This document shows positions 12,268 through 27,200 of a stretch of DNA of 64,000 nt, piece after piece. This DNA is from Haliotis cracherodii (lineage: Eukaryota): the NCBI RefSeq assembly GCF_022045235.1, contig NW_027266319.1, positions 66,154,001 through 66,218,000 on the forward strand, in the 5' to 3' direction. The notes beneath the pieces were generated by a model that was given only the letters and a program-made list of their open reading frames with translations, had not been told where the DNA came from and did not search any database. The position numbers were made by a program, and so were the translations under genes. How positions within the stretch are numbered: position 1 is the stretch's first letter; every line of letters starts with the position of its first letter.

Positions 12268-12636
12268 CACTCTTCAAAAAAAGAAGCGCACAGGTAGTAT
12301 GTAGTTCATTGAATCTGACTACACAAAAAATCCGGTAAATAAATTGGATATATGTTGTTGAAAAATGTTGGTGGCCTGATATTCGAAAAACGGTGCTTCA
12401 AAACTCAGCCATTGTTGATTTGCAATGTCTTAAACGGCATCGTTTTTGCAGTAAAGCAAAATGCACGTGCAAGTTATGGTATTCGTAACTCTTGGAAGTG
12501 GCAATAAAAAAGGCAAGAATAAGCCAATAATTTGTATATCAATTGTCAAAGTTTTTCAAGTTCGAAAATGCCGAGACTCAGCACTACCGATCGGAGCATC
12601 GTCATAGGACGTGTCCAAAGAGGGGAAACGCAGTAC
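12268..12636 (+). mobile_element. Tc1/mariner 5' end, truncated by the minisatellite
   Basis: TIR-like CACTCTTCAAAAAAAG; ATG at 12568 gives MPRLSTTDRSIVIGRVQRGETQ, a typical Tc1 paired-type HTH start. Confidence 0.75.
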
Positions 12637-15600
12637 GCACGCCATACACACACACGTACACACACCCATACAGACTTACATACACGCACATACACATATC
12701 CATACACACTTACATACACGCACGTACACACACCCATACACACATACATACACGCACGTACACATATCCATACTCACGTACACACCCGCACGTACACATA
12801 CCCACACACACGTACACATACCCATACACACTTACATACTAGCCAAACACATACCCATATACACATCCATACATGCACGTACACATAACCATGCACACTT
12901 ACATACACGCACGTACAAATATCCGTACATACCCGCACGTACACATACCCATAAACGCACGTACACATATCCACACACACGTACATACCCGCACATACAC
13001 ATAACCATAAACACATATCCATACACACTTACATACGCGCACGTAAACACACCCATACAGACTAACATACACTCATGTACACACACCCATACAGACTAAC
13101 ATACACGCATGTACACACACCCATACAGACTAACATACACGCACGTAAACACACCCATACAGACTAACATACACGCATGTACACACACCCCTACAGACTT
13201 ACATACATGCACGTACACACACCCATACAGACTAACATACACTCATGTACACACACCCCTACAGACTTACATACATGCACGTACACACACCCATACAGAC
13301 TAACATACACGCACGTAAACACACCCATACAGACTTACATACATGCACGTACACACACCCATACAGACTAACATACACGCATGTACACACACCCATACAG
13401 ACTTACATACATGCACGTACACACACCCATACAGACTAACATACACGCATGTACACACACCCCTACAGACTTACATACATGCACGTACACACACCGATAC
13501 AGACTAACATACACTCATGTACACACACCCCTACAGACTTACATACATGCACGTACACACACCGATACAGACTAACATACATGCACGTACACACACCCAT
13601 ACAGACTAACATACACGCATGTACACACACCCCTACAGACTTACATACATGCACGTACACACACCCATACAGACTAACATACACTCATGTACACACACCC
13701 CTACAGACTTACATACATGCACGTACACACACCGATACAGACTAACATACATGCACGTACACACACCCATACAGACTTACATACATGCACGTACACACAC
13801 CCATACAGACTAACATACACGCATGTACACACACCCATACAGACTAACATACATGCACGTACACACACCCATACAGACTAACATACATGCACGTACACAC
13901 ACCCATACAGACTTACATACATGCATGTACACATACCCATACAGACTTACATACACGCATGTACACACACCCATACAGACTTACATACATGCACGTACAC
14001 ACACCCATACAGACTTACATACACGCATGTGCACACACCCCTACAGACTAACATACATGCACATACACACACCCATACAGACTTACATACATGCATGTAC
14101 ACATACCCATACAGACTAACATACACGCATGTACACACACCCATACAGACTTACATACATGCATGTACACATACCCATACAGACTTACATACACGCATGT
14201 ACACACACCCATACAGACTTACATACATGCACGTACATACACCCATACAGACTAACATACATGCACGTACACACACCCATACAGACTTACATACATGCAT
14301 GTACACATACCCATACAGACTAACATACACGCATGTACACACACCCATACAGACTTACATACATGCATGTACACATACCCATACAGACTTACATACACGC
14401 ATGTACACACACCGATACAGACTTACATACATGCACGTAAACACACCCATACAGACTAACATACACGCATGTACACACACCCCTACAGACTAACATACAC
14501 GCATGTACACACACCGATACAGACTAACATACATGCACGTACACACACCCATACAGACTAACATACACGCATGTACACACACCCATACAGACTTACATAC
14601 ATGCATGTACACACACCCATACAGACTAACATACACGCATGTACACACACCCCTACAGACTTACATACATGCATGTACACACACCCATACAGACTTACAT
14701 ACATGCATGTACACACACCCATACAGACTTACATACATGCATGTACACACACCCATACAGACTTACATACATGCATGTACACACACCCATACAGACTTAC
14801 ATACATGCATGTACACACACCCATACAGACTTACATACATGCACGTACACACACCCATACAGACTAACATACACGCATGTACACACACCCCTACAGACTA
14901 ACATACACGCATGTGCACACACCCATAGAGACTTACATACACACATGTAAACACATCCATACAGACTAACATACACGCATGTACACATACCCATTCAAAC
15001 GTACATACACGCTAATACACACATCCATACAAAATTACATACACGCATGTACACACACCCAAACAGACTATACACATATATATATACACATCCATACATG
15101 CACATACACGCACGTAGACACACCCATATACACAAATAAAACCCATACACACTTACATACACACACACACCTATATGTACACATACCCATACACACTTAC
15201 ATACACGCATGTACTTATACCAATGCACACTTACATACACGCATGTACACATACCAATGCACACTTACATACACGTATGTACATATACTAATGCACACTT
15301 ACATACACGCACGTACACATACCAATGCACACTTACATACACGCATGTACACATGCCAATGCACACTTACATACACGCACGTACACATACCAATGCACAC
15401 TTACATACACGTATGTACATATACCAATGCACACTTACATACACGCACGTACACATACCAATGAACACTTACATACACGCATGTACTTATACCAATGCAC
15501 ACTTACATACACGTATGTACATATACCAATGCACACTTACATACACGCACGTACACATACCAATGCACACGTACATACACGCATGTACATATACCAATGC

Positions 15601-18066
15601 ACACTTACATACACGCATGTACACATACCAATGCACACTTACATACACACATGTACATATACCCATACACACGTACATAAACCCATGCACACATACCCAT
15701 TTACACGCACATTCACGCATACACGCATGTACACATACCCATACAGACTTACATAAACGCATGGACACACATCCATACAGACTTACATAAACGCACGTAC
15801 ACATACTGATATAGACTTACATACTCGCATGTACACATGCCGATACACACATACCTATATACACTTACATACACGCACGTACACATTCCCTTACACACGT
15901 ACATACACGCATGTACACATGCCCATACAGACTAACATACACGCATGTACACACACCGATACACACGTACATACACGCACGTACACACACCCATACAGAC
16001 TAACATATCCATACACACTTACATACACACACGTACATCAACGCACGTACATATACCCATGCATACGTACGTACACGCATGTAGTGATAACCATACACAC
16101 GTACATACACGCATGTACACATACCAATGCACACTTACATACACGCACGTACACATACCAATGCACACTTACATACACGCATGTACATATACCAATGCAC
16201 ACTTACATACACGCACGTACATATACCAATGCACACTTACATACACGCACGTACATATACCAATGCACACTTACATACACGCACGTACATATACCAATGC
16301 ACACTTACATACACGCATGTACATATACCAATGCACACTTACATACACGCATGTACACATACCAATGCACACTTACATACACGCACGTACACATACCAAT
16401 GCACACTTACATACACGTATGTACATATACCAATGCACACTTACATACACGCACGTACACATACCAATGCACACTTATATACACGCATGTACACATACCA
16501 ATGCACACTTACATACACGTATGTACATATACCAATGCACACGTACATACACGCATATACACATACCCATACACACGTACATACACATACCAATCCACAA
16601 ATACCCATACACACTTAAATACACGCATGTACACACACTCTTACAGACTTATGTACACATACCCACACCCACTTACATACATGCATGTACACATACCCAT
16701 ACACACGTACATACACATACCCATGCACAAAAACCCATACACGCACGTACACATTCCCTTACACACGTTCATACACGCATGTACACATACCCATTCAGAC
16801 TTACATACACGCATGTACACACACCCATACAGACTTACATACATGCACGTACACACACCCATACAGACTAACATACATGCACGTACACACACCCATACAG
16901 ACTTACATACACGCACGTACACACACCCATACAGACTAACATACATGCACGTACACACACCCATACAGACTTACATACATGCACGTACACACACCCATAC
17001 AGACTAACATACATGCACGTACACACACCCATACAGACTAACATACATGCACGTACACACACCCATACAGACTAACATACACGCACGTACACACACCCAT
17101 ACAGACTTACATACATGCACGTACACACACCCATACAGACTAACATACATGCACGTACACACACCCATACAGACTAACATACATGCACGTACACACACCC
17201 ATACAGACTAACATACATGCACGTACACACACCCATACAGACTTACATACATGCATGTACACACACCCATACAGACTAACATACATGCACGTACACACAC
17301 CCCTACAGACTAACATACATGCACGTACACACACCCATACAGACTAACATACACGCATGTACACACACCCCTACAGACTAACATACACGCATGTACACAC
17401 ACCCATACAGACTAACATACATGCACGTACACACACCCATACAGACTAACATACATGCATGTACACATACCCATACAGACTAACATACATGCATGTACAC
17501 ACACCCATACAGACTAACATACATGCACGTACACACACCCATACAGACTAACATACACGCATGTACACATACCCATACAGACTTACATACATGCATGTAC
17601 ACACACCCATACAGACTAACATACACGCATGTACACACACCCATACAGACTAACATACAAGCACGTACACACACCCATACAGACTTACATACACGCACCT
17701 ACACGTACACATACAGACTAACATACATGCACGTACACACTGCCATACAGACTAACATACACGCACGTACACACACCGATACAGACATACATAAACACAT
17801 GTACACACACCCATACAGACTAACATACACATATGTACACACACCCATACAGACTAACATACACGCACGTACACACACCCATACACACTTACAGACACGC
17901 ACCTACACGTACACATACACACGTACATACATATCCATACACATTTACATACACACTTACATACAAGCATGTACACATACGCATAGACACTTACATACAC
18001 GCATGTACACATACCCATTCACACGTACAAACACGCATGAACACATACCGATACACCAGTACATAC
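12636..18066. repeat. 34-bp CA-rich minisatellite (ACACACCCATACAGACTWACATACAYGCAYGTAC)
   Basis: 34-bp periodicity; variant sub-blocks with CCAATGCACACTTAC at ~15200-15650 and ~16110-16540. Confidence 0.97.
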
Positions 18067-18180
18067 ATATAGAGAATCTCACCCGAGTGTCTTTTGAAAT
18101 CAAATATATCAACACGAGTTGATAAAAGTGGAAAAATTCCGAGGCTTGCCGATTTTTGCCACTTTTATCAACAAGTGTTG
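18067..18180. mobile_element. Left half of a palindromic non-autonomous DNA element, truncated by a LINE
   Basis: Matches 22078-22134 and has an extra internal inverted repeat (GATAAAAGTGG...CCACTTTTATC). Confidence 0.55.
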
Positions 18181-21100
18181 ATAGATAGATAGATTGTCTT
18201 TATTTCCTCTAGTACTGAAGATACATTATATAAGATACATTATAGATACATGAATTAGATTAAAACTAAACAAAGTAGTTACATGTCATGGTGAAGGGGG
18301 TATGAACAAGTGTTGCCACTTGTTAACGTAATGAGAGACTAGTAACATAGTTTCGCCCCATATTTCAAGCTCAAGGTTTTTCATGCAATCAGGCAGTCCA
18401 CCTAAGAGGAAGGACATGATAACATCATCATCATTTGACCAAAGGTCAACAAAGGAATTCGCATCTGTGATATCAAAGATATTTTCGAACATTTCATTTC
18501 TTTCTTGCACATTCATAGTACATGACATAAAAATGTGTTTGACTATGTCATGGGCTACAGTTCCGCAATGTCATTCTCGTGATTCAATCTTAGAGCATCC
18601 TATTTTGACCATATTAGACAGAACTGGAACTTTGAAGGAAATCGTAAAGAAAGTTGCCAAATCCTGTGTTGACCTTCTGACCTGATACCAGTATATCCTA
18701 ACAGGTCCTGTCGGTCGCACATTTGTTTCAATTGCCTAACAGAGTCTACATTTCTTATCTTTTCATTCACAAGACTAGTCCATTTACATTTACTGGAGAC
18801 ATTACAATTAGCTATGTAATCATTCAAGACATGGAAAAGATCGTATTTATGTAAAAGGCGCAGCATGTTAAAACAGGGAAATGTATAACATCTTTTGTCA
18901 AGATCTGGTTGACATTTGTATTGCCCAAGTCTGCCAATAAATAGTTGTTTGAAATAGAAGTCGCAGCTAGATTGACACAGTTTACCAAATAGGAGCAGAG
19001 CTTGTTTATCAATGTACGCCTGAATGGTAATAAGATCTAGACTTTCCAATACAACTTCGCTTGGTGTAAGTCTTGGTAGACCCTGTACTTTCTTACTGAA
19101 GTAGCGCTGTGGTATTTCCAGCAATTCATACTCTCTACCAGTAAGTTGCCCCCATACATTGCATCCATATAAGGCACATGGCAAGATAACTCTCTGTAGT
19201 ATTCGCACAGCTGCAATTAGGTTCAACCCACCGAAATACAAGCCATTGTTATGGTTTACATTAATAAGTCTTTTCAGTTTTTCACATGCAATACGCGAGC
19301 GTTCGTGTGTTGAGATACTATTACTAAGGCATACACCAGCATACGTTACAAAATGTTTGTGTGGCAATTCTATCTTTCCACAGGAAACATGAGGGTCGGG
19401 TACATTATATCTACAGTACGAAAATACTACGACTGCACTTTTATTCACATTATAAACCAGACGCCATCTACACGCATAGTTGTGAGCAATATCTAGCAGG
19501 TTTTGCAGTGCTGATGGAGAACTACTGACAATGGTTGTATCGTCTGCTAGCAGTTGACCCGGATAGTGACCCCAAGGTGAGCGGAGGCCGTAGCCAGAGC
19601 AATCAAGCTTGCAAATGAGATCATTGATATACACTGTGAAGAGCCAGGCGGATAGTACACGTCCTTGACCAACACCTTGATAGATAGAAAATACATCTGA
19701 GCTGTAGCCTGCGTATGTAACATATGATCGCATGGACGAGTAGGCATTACGCAAAAGACGCCAAGTTTTACCAGTTATACCTATGTCATATAGCTTAAGG
19801 AATAAGCCATCAAACCATACTCTATCAAATGCCTTTGCGTTATCAAGAAATGCACAATAAACAACTGATTTTATTTCCGTATAATATGCAATGTTTTCGA
19901 GGAGGCTGAAGCAGGCTGTTTCAGCCCCTGCATTTTTGCGAAATCCGAATTGTAACGGATGCGGGAAAACACACTTTCTGTTTACCCACTTTTCAATTCT
20001 GATAAGCAGGAGGCGTTCAAAAAGGACAGATGTTAAGGTAATCCTTCTGTAATTGTTTGGGTCAGACTTGCTCTTACCATGACCTTTGTGAATTGGTAAG
20101 ATCTTGCCTATGTGATAAGAAGATGGAATATATTCATATTTAATTATAGCATTGAACATTGTAGTTAGATGACCAAATAATGATCTACCTGCACGTTTAA
20201 GGTGTTCATTAGTTAGGCAGTCTGGACCAGGGGATTTTCCCATTTTCAAGGACTTGACAGAACACCAGACCTCTTGGGAGGTAAAAGGATCGGATAGCGG
20301 TGAATCAAGCTTTTCCACATCAGGATTTTCATAGATCTTTTCGATTAATTCTACTCTTTCCGTTACATCAAAGGCAAAAGATTCATCAAAACAATCAGAC
20401 ATTACAGGTGTAGCTAAATCAGCAAAATACATGCCAAACGCTGAGCATATGTCATCTGGCGTCGTTGAAGAAATCCCATTAACAGTTAATTTTGACATTT
20501 GTCCATTCTTTCTCGATAAGCGTTTAGTCACTTTCACATATTCGTTAATGTCCACTTCAGCAGCTTTCGATATTTCGCAGAGTTTATCGTCAAGACTGCG
20601 TTGTTTTGATCTGCGATGGCGTTTTCGAAATTCACGTTTAGCGTCTTTGTACTTTCTATAGTGTTCATCGTCTATGTTGTGAGATTTTCCCGAGTCACGC
20701 CAGAGTCCGCGACATCGTCTCATTTCATTATGGAGAGGTTTCAAGCCATCTCTTTTCCAATATGGTTTCAGGTACGAGCGATATCTGGAGCATGGTATAC
20801 TGTTGTTGGATGAATCTCCGAGTGCCTGTACGATAAAGTCGTTGTAGGAGTTGATATATTCTGCAGGAGTTGAGTAGCATGACACATCAACGCACGTCTC
20901 TCGGAGATGGTTCTCAGTCTCATACCGGTAGAGCATCAAGTCAACTTCACTTGCTTTTTTCCAGTAACTCTTGTCACCACCATAGTGTTTACTGGAACCG
21001 GCGACATTAAGATACACAATTATAGGCAAGTGATCAGACACACTGTAGGGCACACTAGTGTCAATCATATGTCCAGTTACACAATGGAGGAATTCTTTAT

Positions 21101-21704
21101 GTACAAACACAGTAGTCAATGAGAGTTCTCGAAGAATTATTCTTTGTTGAAAATGTATATTGAGACTGATTATCCAGAGGAACAATAGAAATAAGATTTC
21201 TTTCGGTGAGTGCTCTCTGGAAATGTGAGGCATGTTTTCTGGGTTGAAGATGTTTGCGCAGATCTACATTAAAATCCCCCAGGAGAATAGTGTCACCTTC
21301 GTGTGAATATTGATCATACATCGCCTTGGTAAAGTCAAGAGCGTCTATATATACACTATCCAAAAGATGGCAGATGTGTTCCAATGACAGATCAGTTCTT
21401 CATTCGTTTTAAGTTTTAGACCTAATAAACGGTCCCGGCTATTGGTATCCAGAAGTGTGACCTTGCACTGTTTTGATTTTCTGACGAATATCGCCACTCC
21501 CCAAAAGCCTCTGTGGCCCTGGGGATAACCCACAGAACATTTAGAAAATACTGCAAATTGGTCGTAGTGTGATACAGGGTATCTTCATTCTGTCTATCAA
21601 GCCATGTTTCACACACAAACATTAGATCACAGTGGTCTAATCTGGAGGACAGTTCATGCTCGCTTTTAATAATGCCTCGTATATTCTATGTTGCAAGTCT
21701 GCTA
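18179..21704 (-). mobile_element. LINE-A: APE-RT non-LTR retrotransposon (CR1/L2 group), frameshifted, 5'-truncated
   Basis: Endonuclease motifs (CETW, GDFN, IDY, SDH), RT motifs (DNAKAFD, QGVGQG, LADD) and a CCHC tail. 3' end GAGGAAATAAAGA plus (ATCT)n. Confidence 0.93.
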
Positions 21705-23380
21705 CATACCCATACACACTTACATACACACACGTACATCAACGCATGTACACATACTCAGGCATACGTACATACACGCATGTAGACATACCCATACACA
21801 CGTACATACACGCATATACACATACCCATACACACGTACATACACATACCCATCCACAAATACCCATAATACACGCACGTACACACACCCATACAGACTA
21901 ACATACACGCATGTACACATACCCATACACACTTACATACACGCACCTACACGTACACATACACACGTACATACATATCCATACACATTTACATACAAAC
22001 TTACATACAAGCATGTACACATACCCATTCACACGTACAAACACGCATGAACACATACCGATACACCAGTACACATACATATAGTGAATCTCACCCGAGT
22101 GTCTTTTGATATCAAATATATCAACAAGTGTTGATATATTTGATATCAAACGACACGAGGGTGAGATTTTATTTATCATCCAACATCATTCTTCAAAAAT
22201 TTTCAATTTGTATACAGTAATTAGCAGTGTCTAACAGCTTCAGTAGCAGAGCCATTAGTGATGTCATTTGATTGTGACGTCATGGTAACCAGTGATGTCA
22301 CAATGGTCTGCAAAGATCAAGCGATATCTCCTGTGGGAGCCAGTTTTGGATGATAAATACCCATACACACACTTACATACACGAACGTACACACACCCAC
22401 ACAGACTTACATACACGCATGTACACATACCCATACAACGTTACAAACATATACCCTGTTAGTGCAGAATGTATAATTTATGTTGCAAATCTTCAAAAAT
22501 GTTATGAATTTCACGTACGTATATCAGCGTTTACAATGGTCTGTTGGTTATGTCACTGGACTAGCAGGATAGAGGTCCAGGGTTCCGGACCAGGTTCAGG
22601 CAAAAGTTTTTGTGACTTATAATCAGTTGTGTTGCATCATGGGATTAGTTTCTGGTCATGTGACCTCATCCACTGTCTCCTACAGTTTAAAATATTTCCA
22701 TGTTGGAGAAACGTGTCATGAACTATTGCAGAACACAGATGTAAGTTTATAACCTGCTTATTCATATTTTTACAATGTGTGTACATCTAAAGTAATGTTG
22801 AAGCTATCATTTATTTTCAAATGATATAATATTTGTAGAATTTTGTATTTGTAACCACTTAGCCGATTCACAGTTTACACTGTAACTTAGCACATTTTAT
22901 TGTTATTTTCTAGTTTCTTGAACCTCAACACTGTTCATTCAACGCTAACGTTCAAAGGAAAAGCATGTTAACAGATCCAAACGAATGAGCTTTTCACTTA
23001 TTATTGACAAGGAATAACGGACAATAAACATCAACACGCATGTTCACATACCTATACAGGCTTACATACACGCATGTACACCCACACATACACACTTACA
23101 TACACTCACCTACACGTACACATACAAATTTACACACACCCATACATTTTAACAAACACGCATGAACACACACCCATACACACTTACTAGCACGCATGTA
23201 CACACTCCCATACACACTTACTAACACGCATGAACACACACCCATACACACTTACTAACACGCATGTACACACACCCATACACACTTACTAACACGCATG
23301 AACACACACCCATACACACTTACTAACATGCATGTACACATACCCATACACGTACATACACGCATGTACACACACACATA
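21705..23380. repeat. 34-bp minisatellite segments (21705-22077, 22358-22437, 23030-23380) with interspersed unique DNA
   Basis: Same monomer as 12636-18066. Confidence 0.85.
22078..22357. mobile_element. Short non-autonomous DNA element with nested inverted repeats (MITE/Crypton-like)
   Basis: Palindrome with 40-bp arms at 22087-22168; TTTATCATCC (22172) pairs with GGATGATAAA (22348); a partial second copy lies at 18067. Confidence 0.55.
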
Positions 23381-24601
23381 TGTGGCAGATATGAATTTCC
23401 ATGTATATAGGTTGTCATTTCAGGTTGTTAGAATTGTGATTGTTTATAGTTTTATCGCTAATAGTATCATCTTCAAGCGTTAGCCTATAGTTATTTTTAG
23501 ATCTTTGTCACGTCTATTACGGGTATAAAGGGTGACAGGTTGTGTTGTGTCATTGCCTGTCTTATGTTCTTTGTCTTGCGCGGCCCCTTGTGTGGATTGG
23601 CTTGTTTTTAAAATACTAAAAGCTACTTGCACGTCAGCCATTGCACTTCACAACAATCAGAGCACGTCAGCGATCGCATCTCCGAGCACTTAGGACTAAA
23701 CAACAAATCTAAAGGTTAGTATAATGTTTTAAGGATTGTATATATGTTATGTACTTAGTAGTAATGGTATTGGTATAAATTGATTATCCTAGTGCATCAT
23801 AATGTTTGCTAAAATGTATAATCGTGTAGTTGTGTATATTTTGTACAATGGCGTTTACACCTAAGTTTAATACTGTTCAGCATTATTAACATAACGCCTA
23901 TGCTTTAAAATGTTAGTTAAGGTGTATAAATAGTTGAATGAAAGAATGAGTTAATGAACGAATGATATGACCTGATATATCATATACTTTTTCGTCATTA
24001 AGTTTATTAGTTATTTATTCGATACCACATTCAATTGTATTTCTATATATGTGCGCATTTAGAATATTCTGAATGTGGTTTGTTTATTTTTATAGCAGCG
24101 CTATATTCCTCCAGAGGACGTGGAATATCTACACCCTAGTGTCACCCACAGGGTACAAAACTTATTATTGTGTGCCTATATTGCAATTGTATAAGAAACG
24201 TAGTTTCTCTATATTTAGCATTCAATTTGTTTAACGTTCATCGCAACCTGTACGTTAGTATGACGTATTTGTCTTGTGTTCGTCGTATCAAAGAGTTATC
24301 GTTCTTGCATGGTTGCCTCGACGAAATGTGTTAATGATAATGTCATTACTTCTGTATAGTATTATTTATTGCGGATGTGTTCTGAGGAACGATATTATAA
24401 TTATTCCTATTGTAATATAAATGATTTGTGATATTAATTTGTTGTATTTAATTACATATGTGTACATGTTTATCCTGAATTGGTGTGTATTCCCTATACA
24501 TGTGTTTCAGGGTGTCTGTCTGTCAACATACAAAGAAAATAAAGTCTCACACCCGTAGCCTGTGTCTGGTCTTCCTATATACCTACACGATCCCGGTTAC
24601 A
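23381..24601 (+). repeat. 5' LTR
   Basis: TGTGGCA...GGTTACA; TATAAA at 23524, AATAAA at 24538; about 8 substitutions versus the 3' LTR counted by eye. Confidence 0.97.
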
Positions 24602-24604
24602 TAA

Positions 24605-24622
24605 TGGAGCCCCCAGTGAGGA
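24605..24622 (+). promoter_or_regulatory. Primer-binding site, probably tRNA-Thr
   Basis: TGGAGCCCCCAGTGAGGA starts 3 nt after the LTR; its complement ...TCACTGGGGGCTCCA resembles a tRNA-Thr 3' end (from recall, not searched). Confidence 0.7.
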
Positions 24623-26024
24623 CTTTGCAGATTATTGTTGACAGAGCCACCACAAGCTGACAAGGAAGAGCCTGCTGAAGTTGTGTCCGGATCCGGCAGC
24701 TAGTTGAACTGGTCAGTGTTCAGTTTTCTTGCATAGGACTGTTTGGAACACCAGCGACTTGTGCTGAGCTTAGTCAGACATCAGTGACTTGTGCTGAGAT
24801 TAGTCAGACACCAGAGACTTGTGCTGACATTTATATGTGTGCTATGAACTTCTGCTCATGATTTGGGACTTTATTGAACTCTGGATTAAATGCGTCAGAT
24901 GACTTCCACCTGAACTTATACACATCTGATACAATATAAACTGTTCTGTGATTTACTTAACCCTGTTTCCATGTACTTGTAACAATACAGATCTTTGTAT
25001 TGTCATTCATCATGTACCATAGATCAATTTTGTTTGAACAATGCATTAGTGAGTTTTGATTTCATTACTTAAGTTAATAGCCGGCCATATTTTGTATATG
25101 TTCTCTTGATTACATTGGTATCAACATGTTTAGTTAGTTTGTGGATCCACACTTTGTATTACAAGTTAGATAATTTCAATTCTCATTAGTACTTTGGTAT
25201 TTCATTTATAGAATTTCTGACTTTGGTTCATAAGTGACTACTTAGTATTGGACAAATATCTATTTCTTATGTTCAGGTCAGTGTGTAAGTGTGTGAGTGT
25301 GACATTTCCTTTTCAGGTCTCGTCTATTACCTTTAGTGGTAGTTAAACTTAAATGACACTTTAACTAGGGCCTTAAGTTCAGTAATAAAGTATAGTTGAG
25401 TCATAGTCACATCAGAGTCACACACTTCACTGCACTGCACTGCACTGCACTGTTGCTACGCTGTTTACTAACTCTAATTGTCTCCCCTACCTGTCCACTT
25501 CTTGTGGAGATACAGCTGTCTAGGTCAGTGAAAGAGTTCACATTCTCATGTTTCATACGGTTGTGTCAAACTCTTAGTTGTTTAACCTGTAGGACATTCA
25601 TACATATAGTTGTATATTGATATGCTGGTTCTGGTTACAGTTACTGTTGGGTTCTTGGGCTTGGCCTTGTTTTGAATTTTTATTGTGGTATCTAGACTGG
25701 TATTATTCTGCAAGATTAACACGGTTATCAACTAGATCAGAAGGTGTTTTTTTTTAAAGTTTTTTTGCTTGAACTTATGTTCTTTTCTTCTTTATTGTTT
25801 AACCTACGATCTGCTCACCCACACGCCTCATAGACAAGTTTGATTGAGCTTGTTCAAGATTTTTTTATTTATTTAGAGAGCTTATCTACTGAAGGATCAA
25901 TCCAATGTGTTTGTCACTTGAAACACATTAGTGCATTGGCAACGTCACACTTATCCATTTACATTTGGACTTTGTTTCTACTTAAGTGACTTCTGTTTAC
26001 TTTTCTCTGCATTTCTCGACAACA

Positions 26025-27197
26025 ATGGAACTTGATCCTGATGGATGGGAAAGCCTACTTACAGTGTTTGAGAGGTTAGGAATGTCTCCCAAAGTCGACA
26101 CAGGCAAAGACTTCAATGAATGGATTCAAGGGGTGGCACAAAAGGAAGGGCCCTTGATTAAGATGGAGGAAGACACAGCCCATGAGATGTCCACTGAGAG
26201 CAAGCCCCCCACAGATCCTGGGATAACCTCTACTACGAGTTACCACCACTTTCCTAGGCTGCCCATATTCAGTGGAGAGACAGACAAGGATACCACTTAT
26301 GATTTGTGGAGATATGAAGTTGACTGCCTTCTCCAGTCCAAGACTCATACACATGACGTTGCCCTACAAGCTATAAGGAAGTCGCTGAAGGGAGAAGCAG
26401 CTCTAATATCCATGAAGCTTGGACATAAAGCCAGAATTGAGGATCTTTTATCTAAAATCAGGAGTGCTTTTGGTACACTAAGGAGGAAGGGGTCTCTTAT
26501 GTCTCAGTTTTATGGTGCATCTCAGAAGGAAGAGGAGGATGTTTCAACATGGGGATGTCGTCTTGAGAATCTTATGTATCAGATATCGGAGCAGCGCAAC
26601 CTAACCTTAGAAGAGCAGGATGAGATGCTAAGGAGCAAAATGTGGGATGGGCTCAAACCTGGACTGAAGAGCTTGGCTGCACACAAGTATGAAGTTATTT
26701 CCAATTTTGATGAATTGCGACTTTGTCTAAGAGAAGTGGAATTTGACATTAACAGGGGCAAGCCCATGATAGAGAAGAAGAAGTCGGCTACAGCTAAAAT
26801 GGCGACTGTTTCAGATAGCTCTGCTGCAGCTTCCAAGGAAGAAGTTCTTGACCTGAAGGAAATGATGAAGGAGATGAGAGCTGAGATTGCTGAGCTCAGG
26901 AATCAACATCCTGTTCAGCCTGTTCCATCTGCCCATCCAGCTTATGGTGCCAATACCGAACAGCCATATGGTATTCATCCACAAGCAACAGGTATTCATC
27001 CTTACCTAACTCAGGGAGCTACTGGATTTGTTTCTCCAATAGAGAGAAGAGCACAATGGAACAACAATAATGAAGAGGAGCCGAGATGTTTTAGGTGTGG
27101 CTACACGGGTCATATTGCACGGGGATGCAGAGTCAGACTGGATCACCTACGGCATCCTTTAAACTGTCCCAGGCCTATGGGAAGGGGCCACCCCTAG
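26025..27197 (+). CDS. gag: Gag with PNMA-like capsid and CCHC zinc knuckle
   Basis: LPIFSGE..YDLWRYEV..IRKSLKGEA capsid motif; CFRCGYTGHIARGC. Confidence 0.93.
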   Translation: MELDPDGWESLLTVFERLGMSPKVDTGKDFNEWIQGVAQKEGPLIKMEEDTAHEMSTESKPPTDPGITSTTSYHHFPRLPIFSGETDKDTTYDLWRYEVDCLLQSKTHTHDVALQAIRKSLKGEAALISMKLGHKARIEDLLSKIRSAFGTLRRKGSLMSQFYGASQKEEEDVSTWGCRLENLMYQISEQRNLTLEEQDEMLRSKMWDGLKPGLKSLAAHKYEVISNFDELRLCLREVEFDINRGKPMIEKKKSATAKMATVSDSSAAASKEEVLDLKEMMKEMRAEIAELRNQHPVQPVPSAHPAYGANTEQPYGIHPQATGIHPYLTQGATGFVSPIERRAQWNNNNEEEPRCFRCGYTGHIARGCRVRLDHLRHPLNCPRPMGRGHP

Positions 27198-27200
27198 GCT
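27158..27200 (+). promoter_or_regulatory. -1 ribosomal frameshift signal
   Basis: T_TTA_AAC slippery heptamer in the gag frame, followed by a GCCTATGGG...CCCTAGGC stem; pol is in the -1 frame. Confidence 0.8.

Noticed and set aside
12636-18066. His/Thr/Tyr-rich and Cys/Val-rich ORFs
   Set aside because: Translations of a 34-bp minisatellite whose unit is not a multiple of 3; the same applies to 49474-51365.
22537-22600. Second tRNA-like or SINE head
   Set aside because: A and B boxes are degenerate; no tail, TSD or second copy in the window.
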